NCBI GenBank assembly: GCA_021851895.1
Contig: JAJZQJ010000001.1
Span: 71,338-135,337 of the forward strand
Direction: 5' to 3'
From: a bacterium
Lineage (GTDB): Bacteria; Patescibacteriota; Minisyncoccia; Phycocordibacterales; UBA6899
DNA length: 64,000 bases
Of the stretch, positions 19,980 to 28,725 are shown piece after piece (the stretch's first letter is position 1; every line of letters starts with the position of its first letter). Made by a program: the position numbers and the translations under genes. Under the pieces are notes generated by a model, which saw only the letters and a list, made by a program, of their open reading frames with translations, had not been told where the DNA came from and did no database searches.

Positions 19980-20593
19980 ATATAGAGTGTGGTATAGGAA
20001 TACAGTGATTAATAAGAGCTCGACGAATCAGCATAAGTAATCGGTAAGCAGTAATCAGTAATCAGGGCAAATGCACGAACAGTATTCAGCGCATCTAGCC
20101 TGATTACTGTTTACTGATTACTGTTCACTAACTACGAGAACATGACGAAAAAATACCTGAGAGCAAAAAGCCCCTCCAGGTCTCAGTTCAATACGTTCTT
20201 TGTTATGCTGAGTTCTTCAAAGCGTGGATTATACTCAACCAACCAACACCTCCAGCAAGTACTCATTCACGAGGATATGCAAGGCATTATAACGCCTCGT
20301 CCACAGGTTTGTCAAGCAAATATATTGACATTCTGGGGATAAACGCTAGGAAAACTTGTGGATAATGTGTAGTGAATGGCATAACACACTTATATGGCCT
20401 CATTACTACATATATTTATACTGCCCACAACAAAACCCGCAAGCTGTTGCGAGTTTTGTTAAGTTCTAGTTAAACTTTAGATTTTTGATGCAGGTTGCTT
20501 CGCTGGAGCACCCTGAACTCTAGCAAGCCGTATGTGCTATACGGTGAGCGAGTCGGGGTGTGAAGTGAGGCAAGATGCGCAAAAATATGAAGT

Positions 20594-22399
20594 TTAATCC
20601 ATATCGGAGCGGATCATCTTCACAAATACATCGGGAGGAATATGCACGTTTGCTGATTCCTGCATCTTCTTCTTTCCCTTCTTTTGTTTTTCGAGGAGTT
20701 TCATCTTTCGAGTGATATCACCACCATAAAGATACCCGGTGACATCCTTACGAAACGCAGAGAGTTCCTTCGAAGCAACGATACGCCCCATCGCACGTGC
20801 CTGTATCTTGATCTTGACCTGCTGTCGGGGAAGCACTTTATAGAGCTTCTCCACTGCCGCGTCAGCATCATCTTGCATGCGACGGCGAGAGACAACGCGA
20901 GCAAATGCAGGTACCGGATCCCCGCCGACAAGCAAGTCCATGCGAACAACATCCGCGTCGCGCATTCCTGCAATATCATAAGAAAGTGACGCGTAGCCTG
21001 ATGACACTGATTTCAGCCGATCGAAAAATCCTCTCATCAATTCACGTAACGGCATCACAAATTTTATCTGGAAACGATTGTCTCCAAATATGTCTGAGTC
21101 TCCAGTTTCAGCCTCGTGCTCGAATAAAAGCTGTGATACAGGACCAACATAATCAGGAGGCGTAATGATCGAACCATCGATCCACGGCTCACGTATCTTC
21201 TCAATATCCGCATCATCTGGAAAGAGTGCGGCAGAATAGACGATTAGCGGATCTTCCTTCTTGCGCAATTTCACCTCATAGGTGATCGACGGTGTTGTCA
21301 CGACCAAAGCGAGCTGGTGCTCACGACGAAGCCTCTCGGTAACGATTTCCAAGTGCAGCATGCCGAGACACCCACAACGGAATCCGCGTCCTAATGTCCC
21401 CGATGCCTCCTCCTCATAGGTAAGCGCGGAATCCGAGAGCTGAAGACGCTGTAGTGCTTGTCGTAATACATCGAGATCATCCTGGCTCTCAGGGAAAACA
21501 GACGCCCAGACAACAGGTCGCGGCTTCGCATAACCCGGCAACGCTGGTAATGGCTGTTTCGTGAGCGTGACCGTATCACCAACCCCCGCCACACCAGGAC
21601 GCTTGATACCTGTGACAATGTAGCCGATCTCACCTGCAAGTATTTCAGATGCGGGAGTTTGTGCAGGTAAAAAGTGCCCCACTTCGATACCGAAGAATTT
21701 CTCTCCTGCGGCAATGAACGATAATTCCGCACCCTTAGTGATCTTTCCATCCAAAACACGCACATAGAGTATGACTCCGCGATGATTCGAGTACGCGAAA
21801 TCAAAGATAAGCGCTCGCGCGCCAGGCCTTCCCTCGAACTCTTCCTCTGGGGACGGCACTCGATCGACAATAGCATCGAGTAACTCGGGAACACCTGCAC
21901 CGGTCTTACCAGACACCTTGAGTATTGAAGATGGGTCACAGTCGAGCAACTGCACAACCTCATCAACGACCTCAGGTATATCAGCGAGAGGAGAATCGAT
22001 CTTCGAAAGAACAGGTATGATCGTGAGCCCCTGCTCTTTTGCCATAGCAAGCACAGAGAGTGTCTGCGCTTGCACACCCTGCGTTGCATCAACAAGCAAA
22101 ATACAACCCTCGACGGCCTTTTGCGCGCGAGAGACCTCATAGGAAAAATCTATGTGTCCGGGAGTATCGATCAGATTAAGCACGTAATCCTCACCACCCT
22201 TTGTATAGTGCATGCGCACGGGGGTCATTTTTATGGTGATGCCGCGTTCACGCTCGAGATCCATTGAGTCGAGCACCTGAGCCTGCATCTCTCGTGCGCT
22301 GACGGTACGCGTGATCTCAAGCATGCGATCGGAAAGGGTCGATTTACCGTGATCGATATGTGCGATAATACTGAAATTGCGAATATGAGACTTCGACAT
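20594..22399 (-). CDS. lepA: Elongation factor 4 (LepA)
   Basis: IRNFSIIAHIDHGKSTLSDRMLE...LERERGITIK. Length and C-terminal domain are typical of LepA. The conserved N-terminus starts at the second Met (22399). Confidence 0.9.
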   Translation of the reverse strand: MSKSHIRNFSIIAHIDHGKSTLSDRMLEITRTVSAREMQAQVLDSMDLERERGITIKMTPVRMHYTKGGEDYVLNLIDTPGHIDFSYEVSRAQKAVEGCILLVDATQGVQAQTLSVLAMAKEQGLTIIPVLSKIDSPLADIPEVVDEVVQLLDCDPSSILKVSGKTGAGVPELLDAIVDRVPSPEEEFEGRPGARALIFDFAYSNHRGVILYVRVLDGKITKGAELSFIAAGEKFFGIEVGHFLPAQTPASEILAGEIGYIVTGIKRPGVAGVGDTVTLTKQPLPALPGYAKPRPVVWASVFPESQDDLDVLRQALQRLQLSDSALTYEEEASGTLGRGFRCGCLGMLHLEIVTERLRREHQLALVVTTPSITYEVKLRKKEDPLIVYSAALFPDDADIEKIREPWIDGSIITPPDYVGPVSQLLFEHEAETGDSDIFGDNRFQIKFVMPLRELMRGFFDRLKSVSSGYASLSYDIAGMRDADVVRMDLLVGGDPVPAFARVVSRRRMQDDADAAVEKLYKVLPRQQVKIKIQARAMGRIVASKELSAFRKDVTGYLYGGDITRKMKLLEKQKKGKKKMQESANVHIPPDVFVKMIRSDMD

Positions 22400-22427
22400 A
22401 AGTAATGAGCGCATACTAGCATAGAAT

Positions 22428-22570
22428 TAGTCATAAGTCATGAGACATGAGTTCTTGATGCAAGTCATGAGTCATGGGTCATAAGTCATGAGAAAATTCG
22501 TAAACAAATACACACAATGCTTGGCATTGTGTGTATTTTGAGCGGTCTCATGACTCCTGCTCATGACTCA
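22428..22570. repeat. Short tandem-repeat tract (GTCATGAGTCATG-type units) plus terminator hairpin between lepA and murJ
   Basis: agtcataagtcatgagacatgag...agtcatgagtcatgggtcataagtcatgag, inverted copies ctcatgactcatgact, and hairpin ACACACAATGcttgGCATTGTGTGT. Confidence 0.6.
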
Positions 22571-22576
22571 TGACTG

Positions 22577-24253
22577 TTATTGTATCACTGTTTCTGTTTC
22601 CACTGCGATCGGCTTCTGCTTCCAGAACTTACGATGAAGTGCCGTCTTCGTCTCCTTATATTCCTCATTATCAAGGATGCTAAAGAAGAAGACACCCACT
22701 ATGATCGCCAAACCACCGCTTACCAATCCTTGCCCGAAGATACCGAGCAATGTCTTCTGGTCGAAATAGGAAACTGAAAATTGAAGCATGTGATATGCAA
22801 CAAATCCCATGATCACTGCTATCGAGAAGCTCTGAATGAATGCACGGCGCATGCCTATCCAAACCCTATCAACGATCTTATGCAACGCGATCAGTAACAT
22901 GCTGACATTGAAGATCATTCCGAGCGAGTATGCCAACGGCAACATCAATACGCTTGTCCCATATATCCCGTCGACACGAAGAATGGTCTCGATGAAATAT
23001 CGAAATGTCAGACTATGACCAAATACCCAAGTAAGACCATATGCAAGTGCGATAATGAGGCCACCCGAGAATGCATTGATCGAGAGCGGCACTTTCGAAT
23101 TCCCCGCAGCATAGAAAGCACGAGTAAATAAAGAGACGAGTGACTGTGCCACAACAGATATGACAAAGAGCGCAAGCGCAGCCGCTACAAGACGTGTGGC
23201 GCTCCAATCGAAACGACCTGTTCCCAGGATCACACGAACGATCTGTGCGCGCAAGACGACGAAAAGCGCAGTGATCGGGAGAGACCAGAAGATGATATGA
23301 CGAGCTGCACTCAATAGATGTGTTCGAAAGTGATGGTATTCCTGATCTGCCCAGAACTTGGCGAATGTTGGGAATGCAGCAACAGAATAACTCGAACCGA
23401 TGATCGTGAATGTGATACTCTGCAATGTCATACCGAACGTGAAGACAGCAACGCCACCTTCGACGTGCGATGCAATTCCGATGATGGCGATCGTCGCAAG
23501 GTGCGACGAGGTCAAGGCGATCGTTCTCGGCACCGAAGTCAACAATACGCGCCTCACGTCTTTGAGGTGACCAAAGAAAACACTAGGAACCAACCGCTCT
23601 CGAATGAGTACCGGAAGCATGATGAGGTCCTGCAGTAATGCCCCAAATACCACACCCCAAGCGATACCATATATACCGAAATAAGGATAGAGAAAAATGA
23701 TACCGAAAATGATGCCCAGATTATAAATTGCAGGGCTTATCGCATAGACAAAGAAGCGCTGCAATGACTGTGTGAGGGCACCGTAAAGATTCGACATTCC
23801 TTGGAATATCGGTGAGAGCAAGAGTATACGCGCGACCTGAATATTCATCGCCTGTTCAACGGGACTAAAACCAGGGACAAGCCAGGGCACGATCTTTGGC
23901 ATGAAAATGAAGGCAAGCGCACAAATGACAAAGAAGGCTGAAATGAACGCAGTAAACATAGCGCTCATAAATCGACGCAGCTCGCCATTACCTTTTTTCG
24001 CATATTCTGCAATGAATGGAATGAGCACCGTGATGGCAACCGCGGAACCCAAAGTATCATAGAGAAAATCAGGAACACGAAAAGCGGAATAGTAGATATC
24101 AAGCTGCGCGCTCGCTCCAAAATGAGACGCCAGCAATCGATCTCGAACAAACCCAAGCAACTGTGCAACCAGGGCCATAGAACCCAAAAGCAGGGCAGCC
24201 TCATGAAGGCTTCCCCACTCCTTGTGCAATAGATTAATTATTCGTCGTACCAT
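22577..24253 (-). CDS. murJ: Lipid II flippase MurJ (MviN family)
   Basis: 558 aa, ~14 TM segments, N-terminal LLGFVRDRLLASHFGASAQLDIYYSAFRVPDFLY typical of MurJ. Confidence 0.8.
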   Translation of the reverse strand: MVRRIINLLHKEWGSLHEAALLLGSMALVAQLLGFVRDRLLASHFGASAQLDIYYSAFRVPDFLYDTLGSAVAITVLIPFIAEYAKKGNGELRRFMSAMFTAFISAFFVICALAFIFMPKIVPWLVPGFSPVEQAMNIQVARILLLSPIFQGMSNLYGALTQSLQRFFVYAISPAIYNLGIIFGIIFLYPYFGIYGIAWGVVFGALLQDLIMLPVLIRERLVPSVFFGHLKDVRRVLLTSVPRTIALTSSHLATIAIIGIASHVEGGVAVFTFGMTLQSITFTIIGSSYSVAAFPTFAKFWADQEYHHFRTHLLSAARHIIFWSLPITALFVVLRAQIVRVILGTGRFDWSATRLVAAALALFVISVVAQSLVSLFTRAFYAAGNSKVPLSINAFSGGLIIALAYGLTWVFGHSLTFRYFIETILRVDGIYGTSVLMLPLAYSLGMIFNVSMLLIALHKIVDRVWIGMRRAFIQSFSIAVIMGFVAYHMLQFSVSYFDQKTLLGIFGQGLVSGGLAIIVGVFFFSILDNEEYKETKTALHRKFWKQKPIAVETETVIQ

Positions 24254-26624
24254 ACGGGTCTTCTATGAAAGGGTCGGTTCCTTGTTCTATAGCATTAATG
24301 ATCTGAACAAGCAACTCTCTCCCCGGATCCACTTTTTTGACTATCTTGAATTGTGCGAGGGCCATATCTCTCTCTCCTGCACGGAAAAGAGATGCTGCCA
24401 GATAGAAACGAGCATCAACATTGCGTGGATCCCCACGAAGCGCTGCTGCGAATGTGCGTGCAGCATATGCAAAAGAGCGCTCATCGTAATATATCTTCCC
24501 TAATGTGAAAGCTGCGAATACATTTTGTGGGTCAAACTCAAGGGCACGGATAAGCAACACTCGAGCTTCATCGACATTGTTCTCTTTGAGTAAACTGCGC
24601 ACCTCGGCGGAAAGTGCACCCTGATGATTCGGCTCCAAACTGAGTGCACGATTGAACCATTCCTTTGCCTTTGATTCGTTACCATCAGCAAATTCAATAC
24701 GACCAAGATCGGTCATGATATCCGGAGAGTTCGGATCTCTAAGCAACGCTGCAGTATACGCATCCACTGCAAGTGCGCGTGCGCTCGGAACACCGAATGC
24801 AGCGATAGACTCGTATACTGCTCCGCGCTGAACATAATTCCGTGCATCCGTAGGATCGAGCTTGATAGCTTCATCAGCGGCAATTTTTGCAACCTCAAGT
24901 ATTGCTGCAATGCCATTTTTCGTGCGCGTATCTAATACTGAACCGCCATGAACAGAACTCCCGATTTCTAAGAGTGCGAGGGCAGATACGTCACGTGCAT
25001 ACAGTGGTGTCGGGAAACGCTTATATGCAAAACCAAGATCGAGCTGTGCCGACTTAATATCGCCGCGAGACAACGCCTCCTGACCATGAATATAATCAAA
25101 ATATGCAAAGGTCTCTCTCCATAACATCGTCGCAATAACGATGAGCGCGATGAGTTTTATGATGGCAATTAGAACAAAAATATGATCATTTTGTCCCCTC
25201 AGTGAGCCGACATGTATGTCCTCGAGCAATCCTGCTGAACGAAGTGAGCCGATCGATCCTCCGATCATTACAAAGGAAAGTACAATAACCGATACTCCAG
25301 GGACGCTACATATTACGAAAAATAAAAGGTATATGCCAAGAAGCGTGAAGGCTATCACCTCATACCCCTCTGCGCGAGGAAGAGTGAGTGCACGCTTAAG
25401 ATAACGTAACAAACCAAGAACAGAGAATACAAAAAGTAGAATAACGAGCGCACCTACGATTCCAGTCGTCACGAAGAAGGTTGGAAGGTAACCAAATCCC
25501 ATGTCGTAGACGGGAACAGTACGCAATCCAGCATCGCGAAGACGCATGAATTCTACAGCATAGCGATTGGGCCCTATGCCAAATAATGGCGACTGCATGA
25601 AAACCGATCGCGCAAACAAAAACGTCGACGTTGGAGTTGAAGTGAGCGCATCAAACTTCTCGATCCGTGTCACATTTCGCGCAAGATCGACAACGGTCGT
25701 ATGACCGACCCGCAAGTGTCCAAGCCCAAATGCAAACGAAATGAAGAGCAGAAAACCGATCAATGCGGAACGCGACACACTTGCAAGCGCCACCATGAAT
25801 GCACGAGTATGCTTACGGGGATCGTGTACGCGAAGAGAGACGGAAATGATGTCACTCATTGTCACGAAGAGGAAAATCCCAGAGAATAATCCGAGTACGA
25901 TCCACAACAGGAAAGAATCGATGGCGATAAGCACCGGAAGCACGAATATGAGCGCCACCATTGACCATATACGCAATTGTTTCTTTTCGGCGAAAAAGTA
26001 TGGCGCAATGAAGGAAAGCAGCGCCACGCCACCCGAAAGCACCCCAAGATCAAGAGGACTCTCGACGGAGACGATTTGCGTCAATGTGTATGTCGGTAAA
26101 ATGAAATGTAGAATCTGATAAGCAATAAGAACAAATACAGAAACTATAAATGACCTCCTCAATAGCTTAAGCCGGGAAGGAGTGAAGAACAACAAAGCGG
26201 ACAGCAAAAGTGCAGCAAATACGAGAACGACGATCATCGCAGTATCCATCTCGCTCCCGATGCCAAAAAATGAGACTCTTGGAACAGGAGAGAAAGCAGC
26301 TGCGAGCACGAAGAACACTGCTCCCAACCACGAGAAAAGAAATACGAAGCTCTTCGGCAATGAAAAACTACGCTCCCTCAAATAGGAAAACAAGACAATA
26401 AATGAAGACAATATTACTAGCGACTCAAAAGTGATCAATTTCACTTGATGAATACGCGCCAAAGAACCTGATGACCCAACGATCGGCAACAGAAATACAA
26501 GTGCGAGGAGTATGACCGAGGCCAGACGCACATTGAAAATCCACTGTGGAAATATAATGCGTAAAAGACCGGCAATTCCACCGTTACGTCGGTCACCGCT
26601 CACATTGTTCATATCTGAGCCCAT
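24234..26624 (-). CDS. Polytopic membrane protein (O-antigen ligase/Wzy_C-like core) with C-terminal TPR repeats
   Basis: ~500 aa of TM helices followed by 6-7 TPR-like repeats (ARNYVQRGAVYESIAAFG; AKEWFNRALSLEPNH; AAFTLGKIYYDERSFAYAARTFAAAL). Overlaps the murJ start by 20 nt, so probably co-transcribed. Confidence 0.5.
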   Translation of the reverse strand: MGSDMNNVSGDRRNGGIAGLLRIIFPQWIFNVRLASVILLALVFLLPIVGSSGSLARIHQVKLITFESLVILSSFIVLFSYLRERSFSLPKSFVFLFSWLGAVFFVLAAAFSPVPRVSFFGIGSEMDTAMIVVLVFAALLLSALLFFTPSRLKLLRRSFIVSVFVLIAYQILHFILPTYTLTQIVSVESPLDLGVLSGGVALLSFIAPYFFAEKKQLRIWSMVALIFVLPVLIAIDSFLLWIVLGLFSGIFLFVTMSDIISVSLRVHDPRKHTRAFMVALASVSRSALIGFLLFISFAFGLGHLRVGHTTVVDLARNVTRIEKFDALTSTPTSTFLFARSVFMQSPLFGIGPNRYAVEFMRLRDAGLRTVPVYDMGFGYLPTFFVTTGIVGALVILLFVFSVLGLLRYLKRALTLPRAEGYEVIAFTLLGIYLLFFVICSVPGVSVIVLSFVMIGGSIGSLRSAGLLEDIHVGSLRGQNDHIFVLIAIIKLIALIVIATMLWRETFAYFDYIHGQEALSRGDIKSAQLDLGFAYKRFPTPLYARDVSALALLEIGSSVHGGSVLDTRTKNGIAAILEVAKIAADEAIKLDPTDARNYVQRGAVYESIAAFGVPSARALAVDAYTAALLRDPNSPDIMTDLGRIEFADGNESKAKEWFNRALSLEPNHQGALSAEVRSLLKENNVDEARVLLIRALEFDPQNVFAAFTLGKIYYDERSFAYAARTFAAALRGDPRNVDARFYLAASLFRAGERDMALAQFKIVKKVDPGRELLVQIINAIEQGTDPFIEDPYGTTNN

Positions 26625-26764
26625 AGTTCACAAGAGTTAAATAACATTCGAATTATAGCACAGACCGAATGTACGAGGGCGACAGAATTGTTACTTAAGA
26701 TAATAAAAATGCCGCCGAAGCGACATTCCTATTGTCATCTGATAAGCCGAATTCTGTTCCGACG

Positions 26765-27085
26765 ATAGTCGGTGACGATCATTTTTCTCCGATATGCATT
26801 ACTGCAGACCTCTAGCGGCACTCTCTACGGTTTCCCGCAAAGCACGGCCTTGCATGGAAGTAAGGGTTTAGCCGTTTCACCCACAAGGTTACCCTTATGG
26901 CTCACCCCAGTAAAGGGGGCTCGAATTCTTTCGTTTTCGAGCGTCTCTGCTCGCACCTCGCGCATTACTGCGGACGGGAATTACCCGCTACCCTGCTGCA
27001 CACATCTTTCGATGTAGCCCATGTTCGGACTTTCCTCCCCTCTTTCAAGGAGCGATCGTCTGGATGGCACACTGATTATGTCACA
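26765..27085 (-). ncRNA. rnpB: RNase P RNA (bacterial type), approximate ends
   Basis: Minus-strand RNA contains GGGGAGGAAAGUCCGAAC (P4 5' strand), UGGGUGAAACGGCUAAACCCUUAC (cf. AGGGUGAAANGGUG..GUAAGAGC) and a GACGAUCG/UGAUCGUC P2-like pairing. It lies in an ORF-free 530-bp gap. Confidence 0.6.
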
Positions 27086-27163
27086 AAATCGAAATATTGA
27101 CAAGTGCAAAAAAGAGATGTAGTATTTTCTTGGCAACCTTGCCCTTTCAATAGGAGCTCTCTC

Positions 27164-27535
27164 ATGAGCGCGATCACCATCAAACGCCTGAATCCCTACA
27201 CGGAGACGCTTTGCGGACTCCACTGGGGAGTCGGTGCTGGCATTATCCTTGCGGCGTGCTTCGGCATGACGCAGGACATGCTTTCCACCATCAACGTGCA
27301 CATCTACTGCCACCAGTACACTGGTGCGATCGTCGGTGCGATCGTCGTCGCACTCTATGCGCTCCTTAGCCGTGAGGTGCGCACGCTATTCACGATCACC
27401 ACGCTCATCTCGACGGCTCTCTGCTTCTCGATGGTGCAACATCAAATCAATGACGTGCTCACGATCTGCAGCATCATCGCGGCCATCCTGCTCGTCTACG
27501 GGACATGCATCATGGTTGAAAGAAACTGGCACTAA
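27164..27535 (+). CDS. Small hydrophobic membrane protein (123 aa)
   Basis: AGGAG 8 nt upstream of the ATG at 27164; three predicted TM helices. Confidence 0.45.
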   Translation: MSAITIKRLNPYTETLCGLHWGVGAGIILAACFGMTQDMLSTINVHIYCHQYTGAIVGAIVVALYALLSREVRTLFTITTLISTALCFSMVQHQINDVLTICSIIAAILLVYGTCIMVERNWH

Positions 27536-27566
27536 AGAACGGCGCCCCAGCATGGGGCGCCTTTTT

Positions 27567-28025
27567 CTATGAACAGCTAAATACCAAACGATCGCCGATA
27601 TGAACTGGACTCCTCCTTCCGTCGAATGCGGGAATTTCAAGTACACGCTCTACGGGCACTTGAGAAGAAAACGTATTCGGATATGACTCTGGAGTTGCGT
27701 GCTCTGCGATACCTACGACATTCCAGTCCTTATCTACCCATATGATGTCTAGGGAGAACAACATGTCTTTCATCCAAAATATCCGTACCGATGGCGAAGG
27801 AAACAAGAATAGCATTCCTTCGTCCGGGGAAAGCGGCGCATGCCCGGAAAGCCCATGCGACCACTCTGATTGTGTAGTAGCAAGAGAGACTCGAAAAGTA
27901 GTAGTACTACCACTGATTTTCACAACCCCATTTTTACACCTTGTTGACGAGAAATAACCAGATATGAAAAAAAATATGATGACCATCGCGAACACTGGAC
28001 CAACAAAAACGAGAAGTCTTCTCAT
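27567..28025 (-). CDS. DUF192-family protein (COG1430)
   Basis: Signal/TM N-terminus; MKDMLFSLDIIWVDKDWNVVGI matches the DUF192 core. Confidence 0.55.
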   Translation of the reverse strand: MRRLLVFVGPVFAMVIIFFFISGYFSSTRCKNGVVKISGSTTTFRVSLATTQSEWSHGLSGHAPLSPDEGMLFLFPSPSVRIFWMKDMLFSLDIIWVDKDWNVVGIAEHATPESYPNTFSSQVPVERVLEIPAFDGRRSPVHIGDRLVFSCS

Positions 28026-28266
28026 AGGGAGAGTATAGCATGTAGACGATACAGTTCATGAAACTAAATTCCTACTTATCTCATAGGGATTTAAAAGGAC
28101 CGGCGAGGGCCAGTCCTTCCCACAGTTTCCACGATGTATCGGAACATGACTTGTTCCTGTACCCATACTACCCCCTTAAGCACTTCATGCAATTGTGGAT
28201 AACACACAACCACACACTTTGCCTATACTGTCGAACGATAGTAAGTACTCATGTTGCAGGTCATTA

Positions 28267-28680
28267 TCATTGCGCTGTGCGCGAGAGCACTGCACGCACG
28301 CGTTGCAGAACATCATCCATGGTCCAAGCGGCCTTCACAAGAAAATCCACTGCACCATTTTCGAGTGACTGTTGACTTGCACTTTCATCGCTAAGGTTGG
28401 TGAGTATGATCACCTTTGCATTCTTGCCCCACTCGTCGACACGCATCTTCTTGAGCATAGTAAGGCCGTCCATGACAGGCATGATGATGTCGAGCAAAAT
28501 AAGATCGGGGTGATCGCGCAAAGCAAGCTGCAATCCCTCCTCACCATCGCGCGCCTCTCTGATCTCAAAACCTGACGCTGAAAGTTTCCGCGCAAGCGCC
28601 TTTCGCAATGGGGTCTCATCCTCGACGATGAGCACAGTTGGAATTGTTTGTTGTTCCATCATAGTGAAGTTATGCGCCAC
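28267..28680 (-). CDS. Single-domain response regulator (CheY-like receiver)
   Basis: VLIVEDETPLRKALARKL...DLILLDIIMPVMDGLTMLKKMR...KVIILTNL; no output domain. Confidence 0.85.
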   Translation of the reverse strand: MAHNFTMMEQQTIPTVLIVEDETPLRKALARKLSASGFEIREARDGEEGLQLALRDHPDLILLDIIMPVMDGLTMLKKMRVDEWGKNAKVIILTNLSDESASQQSLENGAVDFLVKAAWTMDDVLQRVRAVLSRTAQ

Positions 28681-28725
28681 AATTTTGGCTACGAACGCGC
28701 TGTTTACTTAATATTATCATACTAA

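Noticed and set aside
22428-22570. Considered whether the short tandem repeats (here and at 36950-37045, 48740-48790) form a CRISPR array
   Set aside because: The units are 7-14 nt, degenerate, and lack ~30-nt unique spacers or adjacent cas genes.
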